DNA of 64,000 nucleotides from Octopus vulgaris (taxonomy: Eukaryota). The position numbers and the translations under genes are program-made. Position 1 is the stretch's first letter. Each line of letters begins with the position of its first letter. Of the stretch, positions 48,709 through 58,758 are shown one piece after another. The DNA is taken from assembly GCA_951406725.2 (NCBI GenBank), contig OX597834.1, positions 41,106,001 through 41,170,000 of the forward strand. The letters run 5' to 3'. The notes under the pieces are model-generated. The model saw only the letters and a program-made list of their open reading frames with translations, made no database searches and was not told the origin of the DNA.

Positions 48709-51700
48709 GTTCAACCATCCTGTGCAATGTAAATATGTATGAATGACAAAGAACAAATGTGCCGAAAGAAAAACTGAGCCAAAGAAGAATTTCGATGCAG
48801 TGTGCAAGAAAGAAGACTGCACTGGAATGGACATGTAAATAAAGAGTATAGATGAGGAGAGCTGCATAAAGAAGAGCCAATTGTTAAAAGTGGATGGTGG
48901 GAGACCCAGGCCAAGAAGACATGGGGCTGATCTCAGGACCTTGAATCTCATGAAGGAGGTAACAAAGGACTGAAATGAATGGCAATATGTGATTCGTGAA
49001 GAGACCACCACCTCTGTGAAACCGATTCTGAAAGCACAATGTGTATATATGCACAACTGAACATCCCATCCAATTTTTTCAAGACATTCCCATCATCTTT
49101 CATCTCTCCAACTGCAATATTCTGTGGCTATAATTAACTGTGAACAGAACTGCATACTCTGCCAGCTTTTCCCTGATACCACTTATCATTCTCGCTACTT
49201 AGAACCATTCAGTTGTTATCTGACCTTCACTCTCACTTAATGGTATCCTCTCCACCAACATTTTACATTGGTCACTTATCTGAGTCACTAGATTACTTCC
49301 CCTTCTCCTCCATCATACATCTCTCATTTTTCCAATGCTCTACACCTGCCTCCCCCTCATACTCTTGCAACCTACGCAGCAACACATCATCTCTTTCTCT
49401 TTCTCACATCTTCTCTCATTCTCCTCCTTGCTCACTGTATCATTATTACAATTCTGCTGTTATTCATTCTCCCCTTTTCTGCACTCAGTCATCCCCTACT
49501 CTCCCCTACTGTAGGTGAACCATGCGATGTGAGTGAACCTGAAACCATGTGGTTGGTAAGCAAACTTTTTACCACATGGTCACACATGTGTCTTAACCTT
49601 TCTGTTACTACATTTCTGTTGAGATGCTCTGAGTTTCTTTCAATTAATTTTAAATATAACAAAGAATTTAGTAAAACAACTTAGTTATTATTAAGCTAGT
49701 GTTAGGAACATAAATTGTGACTTAGGTTTGGTGGAAGATTTTAATTCAAAACTTTTGAAAACAAGACACTTGTACTACAGAGCCAGAGGCGGTTTCAGCT
49801 GGGTTGGTATCGAAAGGGTTAAAAATGCTAAAGTTTTCTGAATATGCTTGCATTTTCTAACTTGCTTCAAAAATGTGTGCCATATCTGTATAACATATGT
49901 GGCACACAAGCATGTGCAACACTGTGACTGAAATCATCCGACGTAAGAGATTCCACTGTTGGTTCCTTAAAACTTGTGTAACTGGTGAGTATATACTTAC
50001 TTGTCATTTTCTGTATCTGGAACACGGAAATCGGCAGGCTTTTCTTTGGGACGAAACCATAAAGGGGATGTCAGAATCTGTTTCTCAAAGATTTTCGAAT
50101 GCTTGAAACAGCGATTGCTGCAGAAAATCTGACAAGTTGGAAAGAAAAAAAGATGAATACAAAACGAAAAGAAATTAAACATTATAAACAAAACAAAAAA
50201 AGAAATCATCATCATCATCATCATCATTTAGCGTCCGTTTTCCATGCTAGCATGGGTTGGACGGTTCAACTGGGGTCTGTGAAGCTGGAAGGCTTCGTCA
50301 GGCCCAGTCAGATCTGGCAGTGTTTCTATGCCAACCACTCCGTGAGTGTAGTGGGTGCTTTTTACATGCCACCGGCACAGGTGCCAGACAGAGCTGGCAA
50401 ATATATACGTTATTTTTTATTTGTTTGAATCATTGCACTGCAGCCATTCTGGAGCACAGCCTCGAAGGGTTTTAGTTGAGCAGATCAACCTCAGAGCTTA
50501 TTATTTTTTTTTACTCATAAATAAAAAAAAAATGGGTACAATAAGTTTCTTACCTTACGTTCGGAAATGTCGTAGACTTTATTGGTTTTGGTTGATATGT
50601 GATATTTTTTAGGCTTTGTCTGCAAAAAAAAAAATATTACATAGATATGTTATATTTCTAAGTTTCTTACTGAAATATAAGGGACAGCTTCAATCATTCT
50701 GGTCATTACTAAATTCTCCAGGCCCTCTCATAATATGACCAAGAAATCTCAGTTGCTTCAGAAGCAGTTTCCTATTTACCACAGCCCAGGTCATACTTCT
50801 TTATTAGACACTTGTTCTACTTCATCAGATTTCTTTAGGAGGGCCTGCTTAGTAGTATTGGGTTGTCTGGAAAGTTCATGCCGATTTATAGTAGCTTACT
50901 TTTCGATTTATTTTAGAACATGGTTGAGTCCATAAAATAGGATTTGACTACACCTCCATTTAGAGCACAGTTTAAGCTTTTCGTGGAAGAAGGTTTATGT
51001 TCCTATAACCTGTGTTAATTTTGTAACCCTTTAAAATGGAAGATAAGAAAGTTCGTTTTCGGCACTTGATGCTTTGGGAACCAGACAAAAATTGCTGCAG
51101 CTTGGCTGGGATTTGATACCCCACCCTCCATATTCACCAGATATTGCTCCTTCGGATTTCCACTTATTCAGGTCTCTGCAGAATAGTCTTAATGGTAAAA
51201 ATTTCAATTCCTTGGATGATGTAAAAAGATACCTTGATGAATTCTTTCCATGAAACCACCTCAATTCTGAGAAGAGGGTATTTTCAAGTAAAAAGAAAGA
51301 TGGACACGCATTGTGCAACAAAATGGTTCATATTTGGTTGATTAAAAATATAATGGCAAGTATTTATTGAACTTTTTCTTTCCTTTAAAAATCGGCACGA
51401 ACTTTCCAGACAACCCAATATTTTGTGTCTCATTTCACGAAAAGCTTCACTTCCAGATTATTTCCATCTCAGAATTTTTAAAGGAAAAGGAAGGCAAGAA
51501 AATAGCAGATGATCACAACAAGAACTCTTTTGATCAACAAAATCAACAACAGCATATCATACACACACATGCACATATGCATACATGCATGCACAGACAT
51601 GCATATATAGAACAGACAGTGATATGAAAATATTTACTTACGTTCGGCAGATTATTCGCACAAATGGGATAAGCACAAAGTTTCACAATTGCTCGTTCTT

Positions 51701-54700
51701 CACAAATGTCATGGTAATGGTTAGGCATAACGAAGTGAGCCTTGGAAAAAAAAAATAATAATAATAGTATCAGGCAGTGGCTCTCGTGGCTTCTGCTCTT
51801 AACTGATTGGAAGTGTTATCATATACATTGAATGTAGAGACAGATGAAATACTCTAAGCATTTCGCCAGGCATGCTAACAATTCTGCCAGCTCAATGCCT
51901 TCATAATAATAATAATAATACTAATAATAATGGTTTCAAATTTTGCCACATGGACAGCCATTTTAGGAGAGAGGATGAGTCGATTACATCGACCCCAGTG
52001 CGTAACTGGTACTTATTTAATCGACCACAAAAGGATAAAAGGCAAAGTCGACCTTGGCAGAAACTGAACTCAGAACGTAACGGCAGGCGAAATACCTATT
52101 TCTTTACTACCTACAAGGGGCTAAATACAGAGGGGACAAACAAGGATAGACAAACGGATTAAGTCGATTATATCGACCCCAGTACGTAACTGGTACTTAT
52201 TTAATCGACCCCGAAAGGATGACAGGCAAAGTCGACCTCGGCGGAATTTGAACTCAGAACGTAGCGGCAGACGAAATACTGCTAAGCATTTTGCCTGGCG
52301 TGCTAATGTTTCTGCCAGCTTGCCGCCATAATAATAATAATAATAATAGTAATGATAATAATAATAATAATAGTAATAACAATAATTATAATGGTTTCAA
52401 ATTTTGGTGCAAGGCCAGAAATTTCAGGGGATGAAATAAGTTGATTACATTGACCCCCAGGCTTAAAAAATAAGTACTGAGGTTGATTCCTTCAATTCAA
52501 AGTGGCGCTCAAATGACCGAAACATGTAAAAGAACAAAAGAGTAAACAAAACCAACTTTAGCAACGCACCATGTCTTTCAGTTGCTCAAAGGTAACGGTT
52601 TCTTCAACAAGCTTCATTACAATACGGAAAGCTCTCTCTTCAGACGCAACCCGCTTCCGAATCTGTTCTTCCAGTTCTTTCCTAAGGCAAAATAAAACAG
52701 TAAAATAGTGTAAGAAAAAGTACTCAATACATGGTGGAGGTTATGATACACTCTGTTTAAATTAACATATATATATATATATATCACCGTGACCGACCAG
52801 ACCATCAGATGTTGTTACACATCGCTGGTCACAATGCGCTTCGCATTGTTTTAGCCTTCAACTGTCGCCATCCCATTGGCTAAGTGAGCAGGCCAACAGA
52901 AGAAAGAGTGAAAGAAAGTTGTGGCAAAAGAGTACAGCAGGGATCGCCACTATCCCCCTGCAAGAGCCTCATGGGGCTTTAGGTGTTTTTGCTCAATAAA
53001 CACAACGCCCGGTCTGGGAATCGAAACCACGATCCTATGACCGCAAGTCTGCTGCCCTAACCACTGGGCCATTGCGCCTCCACATATATATATATAACCG
53101 GCTTCCATGCCAGTGGGACATAAAAGGGCACCATTCGAGTGTGATCGTTACCAGCGACGCTTTGCTGGCACTTGTGCCCATGCTAGTAGGGTGCCAAGAG
53201 CACCATCCAAGTGTGATTGTTGCCAGAGCAGCCAACTGGCTCCGTGCCAGTGACACGTAAAAGGGCACCATTTGAGCGTGATCGTTACCAATGTTGCCTT
53301 ACTGGCACGTGTAAAAAGATTCGAGCGAGGTCATTGCCAGCATCGCCTGACTGGCCCTCATGCCGGTGGCACATAAAAAGCACCCACTACACTCTCGGAG
53401 TGGTTGGCGTTAGGAAGGGCATCCAGCTGTAGAAACTCTGCCAGATCAAGATTGGAGCCTGGTGCAGCCGTCTGGTTTGCCAGTCCTCAGTGAAAATCGT
53501 CCAACCCATGCTAGCATGCAAAGTGGACGTTAAACGATGATGATGATGATGCATGACATTAGGAGTGGCTGGCACTCCGTTGGCTATGATAAGGTGCTCC
53601 AGCATGGCCACAGTCAAATGACTGAAACAGGTAAAGAGAGTAAGGGAATACCTGTTATTGAAGGGAAATCTATCATTGTAGTTTTTTTTTCTTTTATTCT
53701 TTTACTAGTTTCAGTCATTTGACTGTGGCCATGCTGGAGCACTGCCCTTTGTCAAACAAATCAACCCCAGGACTTATTCTATCAGTTTCTCTTTGCTGAA
53801 CTGCTAGGTGACGGGGACGTAAACATACGAACATTGGTTGTGAAGCGATGGTTTGAAGGACAAACACAGACACAAATAGCAAATGCATATATATATATAT
53901 ATATATTTATCATCATCATCAGTTAACGTCCGTTTTCCATGCTGGCATGGGTCGGACGGTTTGACTGGGGACTGGCAAGGCAGGAGGCTGCACCAGGCTC
54001 CAGTCTGATCTGGCAATGTTTCTACAGCTGGATGCCCTTCCTAATGCCAACCACTCCTCGAGTGTAAAGGGTGATTTTCACATGCCACGGGAATGGGAGC
54101 TAGTCAGGTGGCACTGGCATCGGCCCTGTTCGGATGGTGCTTTTTACGTGCTATTTCGGATCTACATGATCGTTCGGTACTACTTGAGAAGAGTGGTCCC
54201 GGTGCGCGCACTCGCGTAGTCGCGCTAGCTAGTCGTGACTAGTCGATCCTTACTTTGTGTTTTTGTATTTTATTTACTTTGTTTAGAAAAATTATTTACT
54301 TTGTGTTTTATTTACTTTGTTTAAAAAATTATTTACTTTGCTAGGTAGTCGTTGTAGGATCGACTAGTCACGACTACGCGCACCGGGACTACTCTTCTCA
54401 AGTAGTACCTGATTGTTCGATGTGCGGAAAATAACAACTAAATCACACACCACTGCCTTAAAAAATGGTGATACAGACTTTCCTAGGTGCCGCTAAAAAG
54501 ATGGGATGGTCATGGCTGGAAAGCCTTCGAATAAACAACTGCTGGATCCGAGCTAACCTGAAGAGCAGAGGCAAATTTCTTGCTAATTATGGAGTTGGTA
54601 TACTTTCTACAACATATAAAGTAAATTATGAGCTTGCTCAAAATATCAGTCACACAACCCTTAAAGTACATTCTACCGTCTTTAAAAAGGGGACGAAACA

Positions 54701-54952
54701 GGGTAACGTGGTCCAAGGTGTCCCTAAAATCAAAAACGAGGGGTTTATAGTTGGAGCACCTTGGTCTGACAGTCTGTATATGGCTTTAGCAGGTGCTAAA
54801 CAAGAAAACGGAAGCTGTTTAATGAGACTAAATAAACATTAGTGATACGAAGAAAGAGGTAAGTCATGAAAACTATAATTATACTTCTTCGCTTCATCAT
54901 CCTCTGCTGTTTTCTTCTCTTTCTCTTTGTCCAGTTCTTTCGATTCCGACAT
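42458..54952 (-). CDS. RPAP2: RNA polymerase II-associated protein 2 (Rtr1-type zinc finger, putative CTD phosphatase), 10 coding exons, 651 aa
   Basis: Exons: 54885-54952, 52570-52681, 51642-51740, 50554-50619, 50001-50128, 47173-48265, 46960-47057, 44615-44695, 43902-43970, 42458-42599. All introns are GT-AG and phases are consistent (1956 nt). RTR1 signature EERAIVKLCAYPIC...[24 protein letters not shown]; C-terminal LPNVDSYSQ..LRR and HTFSL..TNIVLK.KEW; minus-strand AATAAA at 42318-42323. Confidence 0.93.
43020..43470 (+). mobile_element. Probable L1/Tx1-like LINE 3' end
   Basis: FFKFHLKRKVRVER...F.ERW...LHL* then a 3'UTR ending GCCCTTGTGGCCAATAAA, similar to the family B SINE tail. Confidence 0.5.
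43474..43595. repeat. (TAT)n/(TAC)n microsatellite
   Basis: Direct reading. Confidence 0.95.
43902..43970 (-). CDS. RPAP2: RPAP2 exon 9 (LVNTNIVLKTKEWDVAAIFIII)
   Basis: 69 bp, CAG acceptor, GTAAGT donor. Confidence 0.85.
44615..44695 (-). CDS. RPAP2: RPAP2 exon 8 (IDGLIGDMDLLIGELSTDIKDFVHTF)
   Basis: 81 bp, CAG acceptor, GTAGAG donor. Confidence 0.85.
46033..46872 (+). mobile_element. Rearranged RTE 3' end nested in a SINE. Further RTE tails at about 45431-45752(-), 50205-50400(-), 53098-53551(+), 53909-54150(-), 57003-57135(+), 57850-58225(+), 60642-60928(+), 61404-61568(-), 62933-63280(-)
   Basis: Close similarity to 4597-5364. Confidence 0.85.
46960..47057 (-). CDS. RPAP2: RPAP2 exon 7 (IDETESNLVLPNVDSYSQVTLRRSIFLQQLSK)
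   Basis: 98 bp, CAG acceptor, GTAAGC donor. Confidence 0.9.
47173..48265 (-). CDS. RPAP2: RPAP2 exon 6, large acidic/Ser-rich central exon
   Basis: 1093 bp open frame that essentially covers ORF 47167..48153; ends in PAPKKK then GTTTGA donor. Confidence 0.88.
48635..48705. repeat. (GA)n microsatellite
   Basis: Direct reading. Confidence 0.95.
48705..49030 (+). mobile_element. Old degenerate RTE RT C-terminal fragment
   Basis: Frameshifted similarity to CNV..Q....LRE.L...VQERRL.W.GHV..MDE..C..KCQ...GRP.KTW of ORF 3975-4616. Confidence 0.6.
49597..49818 (+). mobile_element. piggyBac-like MITE; partial related copy at about 6525-6666(-)
   Basis: TTAA|CCTTTC...GAAAGGG|TTAA termini around an AT-rich body. 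Confidence 0.7.
50001..50128 (-). CDS. RPAP2: RPAP2 exon 5 (IFCSNRCFKHSKIFEKQILTSPLWFR...)
   Basis: 128 bp, CAG acceptor, GTAAGT donor. Confidence 0.93.
50554..50619 (-). CDS. RPAP2: RPAP2 exon 4 ([22 protein letters not shown])
   Basis: 66 bp, CAG acceptor, GTAAGA donor. Confidence 0.93.
50858..51418 (+). mobile_element. Internally deleted mariner element with both TIRs and TA target duplication
   Basis: TA|TTGGGTTGTCTGGAAAGTTCATGCCGATTT ... AAATCGGCACGAACTTTCCAGACAACCCAA|TA; internal HPPYSPDIAPSDFHLFRSLQN. Confidence 0.92.
51642..51740 (-). CDS. RPAP2: RPAP2 exon 3 (AHFVMPNHYHDICEERAIVKLCAYPIC...)
   Basis: 99 bp, first half of the RTR1 zinc finger, GTAAGT donor. Confidence 0.93.
52570..52681 (-). 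CDS. RPAP2: RPAP2 exon 2 (KELEEQIRKRVASEERAFRIVMKLVEE...)
   Basis: 112 bp, TAG acceptor, GTGCGT donor. Confidence 0.88.
52785..53083 (-). mobile_element. tRNA(Arg)-like SINE family D (resembles octopus OR-type SINEs, from memory); related copies at 36925-37243(-), 37257-37447(-), 18779-18897(-), 18945-19165(+), 44322-44401(-)
   Basis: Head GGAGGCGCAATGGCCCAGTGGTTAGGGCAGC...GTTTCGATTCC; flanked by TA microsatellite. Confidence 0.8.
54176..54409. mobile_element. Mutator-like MITE in RPAP2 intron 1
   Basis: TIRs GGTACTACTTGAGAAGAGTGGTCCCGGTGCG / CGCACCGGGACTACTCTTCTCAAGTAGTACC; 9-bp TSD TGATCGTTC/TGATTGTTC; internal TTTACTTTG repeats. Confidence 0.85.
54885..54952 (-). CDS. RPAP2: RPAP2 exon 1 (MSESKELDKEKEKKTAEDDEAK)
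   Basis: ATG at 54952-54950, GTATAA donor, phase 2 fits exon 2. Confidence 0.75.
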
Positions 54953-55970
54953 GTTCGGAAACACTGCGAGAGGTCACAGGTCACAGTTATATTTAACGGA
55001 GGTAATTTCTTTACCACCAATATTTCACGAAGACCTCAAGCGAACTAAAGAAACTCAATTATCCGCGTTTATTCGTTGCTTTCTGCTTTCGGTCATTCGA
55101 CTGTGGCCATGCTGGAGCACAGACTTTCCTGATTACATCGAGCCCAATACTTAGAAAAAAACCAACATCAACTTGTGTTTTAAAGGGAGGAAGTAAATAC
55201 CACACGGTATTATTGTTTGAAGCACTGACTAAACTGCGCGCATGCACACACGCACAATATTAGTGTGTAACCCAAAGGCATCTCTAAATCTGTAGACCTC
55301 TGATCAAAGGCGTTCCAGTCGTGACCATCCTGTCCTATTAAGTTTTATGTACCAAATATTAAAAAAACGAAATATTGTGAATATCGCATCAGTGGAAAAA
55401 TAAGTAAATAAAGGAATAACAGAATAAGAGAATAAAGAAGGAATTAAGGAGTTATTTTACGAATACAATTATTCCAAATATATTGATATATAGTATTGGC
55501 TTAATCAATTCATTTCGATAGTTTTTATTTATTATTTTCACTACATGAAAGTTATTTTGCTTCATTTAGAAATAAAATTTGATATCAAATTTCTTTTTAA
55601 AATGTCATTAAGTTTTATGTATCAAATATTAAAAAAAGCAGAAAATATTGTGAATATCGCATCACTGAAAGAATAAGTAAATAAAGGAATAACTGAATAA
55701 GAGAATAGAGAAGGAATTAAAGAGTTGTTTTTACGAATACAATTATTCCAAATATATTGATACAATGAATATATATATATGTTGGAAATGAAAATAACGT
55801 ATTTTCAAAATATTTGGCTTAATCAATACATTTCGATAGTTTTTATTTATTATTTTCACTACATGAAACTAATAATTGGTAAACAAACAAATACGTAAAT
55901 AATACCATAATTATATTGGTTATATCATTCTCGGAAAAACAGAAAACGAACAAGAATACGACCGGCTGCA
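54953..55970. promoter_or_regulatory. Probable bidirectional promoter region of RPAP2 and GTF3C5
   Basis: Divergent start codons about 1 kb apart; NRF1-like TGCGCGCATGCA near 55235-55246. Confidence 0.6.
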
Positions 55971-57816
55971 ATGGCGGTGAATTTTATTTGATAACATCGC
56001 AAAAATTTTCTGTGTTTTGAATGTTTTTTTCCTCTTTTATCCCATGATTGAACTCACCCAAACTAATCCCTTCATTACTAATCACTAATTGATTCTCATA
56101 TTTAAAAGTTTGTCATTTCAGACACCAAAAAAGATGGAAAAAAGTTATAGAATGAGTAGTTTGTCCGATTGTTTCGGTAATTTACCAAACGAATCTGTTC
56201 CTATAAACACAGATAAATTGACTCGCAAAGTTGTCTGCATCGAATACCCTGGCATTATCAAGAATGTTTCAAGAGCCATGGAGACATTGGGCGGCCTGGA
56301 AGAAATAAATAAGGTCGGTGGCCCCTTTTTACCCCCTTCCTTTCTATTTGGCCATTCTGGTTAATTATGCCCAAATCTGTTTTCCTTCCCTCGTCTTTTA
56401 TTTCTGCATTCTTATTCCTAACAAAATTTACTCGTGTTGTTGTTTCGACCTTGATCGAACCCACAAACCCATGAACAAAATCTTTCCTACCGCGACCATT
56501 CTGCTTCTTTATAGGAACAGTGTTATGTAAACAAACCAATAGAAGAGTTTTATTTCACTCAATAAATGCTAAAAATGTAGTAATACTTATGACTAATATC
56601 TTATATATATATTACTATACTTGATGACATATAAGTTACATCAAAGGTTAATCAATAACATCATTAAACACTGTGTTCTTCCTTTCCTTTTTATGATAGT
56701 AGAAAGGGTGTGATTTGAGGAATACTTTTGGTTGCTATCTTTAGTAGCGTGGGCTACTGAAAAGCAGAACTCATGGTGTTGTAAGGATTAAAGGAGTTTT
56801 TGTTTAATATGTTTTCATTTTGTTTAATTCTTGGTCTCAGGTTTGTGTGAGAGAGAGAGAGAGAGAGAGATTCATAGGTTGAAGTTTTGGAGTGGGATTT
56901 AAGAAATTTGCTGATCAACCAAATGGTTCCAGGTTTGACCTCACTGAATGGTATTTTGGACAAGGATTGTCTTTTATAACTGCAAGTCAACCAATAGGAA
57001 GAACATCCAGCTGTAGAAACTCTGCCAAATCAAGATTGGAGCCTGGTGCAGCCATCTGGTTCGCCAGCCCTCAGTCAAAATCGTCCAACCCATGCTAGCA
57101 TGGAAAGCGGACGTTAAACGATGAGGTTGATGATTATGATTGACTAAATCTCTTCAAATTCTTGATTATTTGCAAAATTAGTTGAATCACAAAAGTGTTT
57201 ATCGTTAGAAATGTGGTTAGAAATGGCCATGGGTCTTAATAAAATATAAAACAAAATTGATTTCTTTTACTTTTAGCGCTATGTTGATTCTAACCAAAGA
57301 CTGGAACTTCGCTGGAGACCTGCTGACCCTTATTGTAAAAGTTCCTATGGGGATAGCAGCAACACCAACAACTTATTGTTTCGGTTTAAACGGCGGAAAA
57401 GGAAGAAGCTAGATGGTAGCTATGACTACGAGCACAAAGTGGAGATCTTGGGGATTGTCAAAGTAACTTTCAGATTCCAAGGTAGGAGTCATTCTTAGTT
57501 GTTCAATCTCGATCCAATAGATCAATGATCAAAGGTGTTCAATGATGATGATGGTGATGATGATGATATGTGTGTGTGTATATTCATATATTTATATGTC
57601 CATATATATTTTTAATATTCATGTATTTTTATATGTATTTTTAAGATATCAATATGTTTTTTGGACAATTTTTATCTTAATCAAATCTGTATACATATAT
57701 GTTCATCGTGGCTTACCTGATTTGAACTTTCTCCATTCCAGTTATTATATTTGTCTAACATCTCAGGCTCAACTTAAGCACTTCTATGCGGTCTATATCC
57801 TTTGTAAGAAAAATAT

Positions 57817-57853
<37 letters not shown>

Positions 57854-58758
57854 AAAAAGCGCTATCCGAATCGTGGCCGATGCCAGCGTCGCCTCGACTG
57901 GCTTCCGTGCTGGTGGCATGTAAAAAGCACCATCCGAATCGTGGCCGATGCCAGTGCCGCCTCGACTGGATTCCGTGCCGGTGGTACGTAAAATGCACCA
58001 ATCCGATCGTGGCCGTTGCCAGCCTCGCCTGGCACCTGTGCAGGTGGCACGTAAAAAGCACCCACTACACTCACGGAGTGGTTGGCGTTAGGAAGGGCAT
58101 CCAGCTGTAGAAACACTGCCAGATCAGACTGAATCCTGGTGCAGCCTTCTGGCTTCCCAGATCCCCGGTCGAACCGTCCAACCCATGCTAGCATAGAGAA
58201 CGGACGTTAAACGATGATGATGATCATCATTTCATGTACACAATATAAAGATAAGAGCTACTAGTTGTTTCTCAGAACTTGAAGATACAGGGCACATTAT
58301 AAAACCCTGTCTAGCCATGTGTTTTTACAGCAAGAAACTACTATCAGCCTTTATCTTTATAATGCTATTTATCTCTGACTGGACAGAGTGCTTATTTTGT
58401 TGATCTTATCTTAATGGAATAGTAACCTATGTATATATGCATAAGACTGGCTGTTTTGACTGGTTGAAATATTAAACATTTTTTTCAGGTATGGTAGACT
58501 TTCAGTATTTACCAATGATATCACATTCAACCGGTGAGAACGAAGCAAAGACATTTAGCAGTATCTTTGACAAATTGGTTGTCAAGTCACCAGAAGATGT
58601 CAAAGACTGGCTTAAAGTCGACGTCCCTCTATTCCTGCCACCTATTATATTCTCCCGTATGGATACACCCATGGAGTACCTCTACAGATCCGAGATGCAA
58701 CATCGTTCAGGCTTTGTCAATCCCCAAGATCAACGTCCGAGTCATCTAATTGGCACAG
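55971..58758 (+). CDS. GTF3C5: General transcription factor IIIC subunit 5 (TFIIIC63/Tau95), 5' part; gene probably continues beyond the window
   Basis: Exons: 55971-55976 (MA, tentative), 56122-56313 (VVCIEYPGIIKNVSRAMETLGG), 57277-57481 (RLELRWRPADPYCK...EILGIVKVTFRFQ), 58489-58758 (GMVDFQYLP...PLFLPPIIFSRMDTPMEYLYR). Phases are consistent. No further exon recognised before 64000. Confidence 0.9.
56122..56313 (+). CDS. GTF3C5: GTF3C5 exon 2
   Basis: Tau95 N-terminal motif CIEYPG...TLGG; CAG acceptor, GTCGGT donor; alternative ATG at 56134. Confidence 0.9.
57277..57481 (+). CDS. GTF3C5: GTF3C5 exon 3
   Basis: LELRWRPADPYCK motif; TAG acceptor, GTAGGA donor. Confidence 0.92.
58489..58758 (+). 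CDS. GTF3C5: GTF3C5 exon 4
   Basis: DFQY and LFLPPIIFSRMD motifs; CAG acceptor, GTAAAT donor. Confidence 0.92.
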
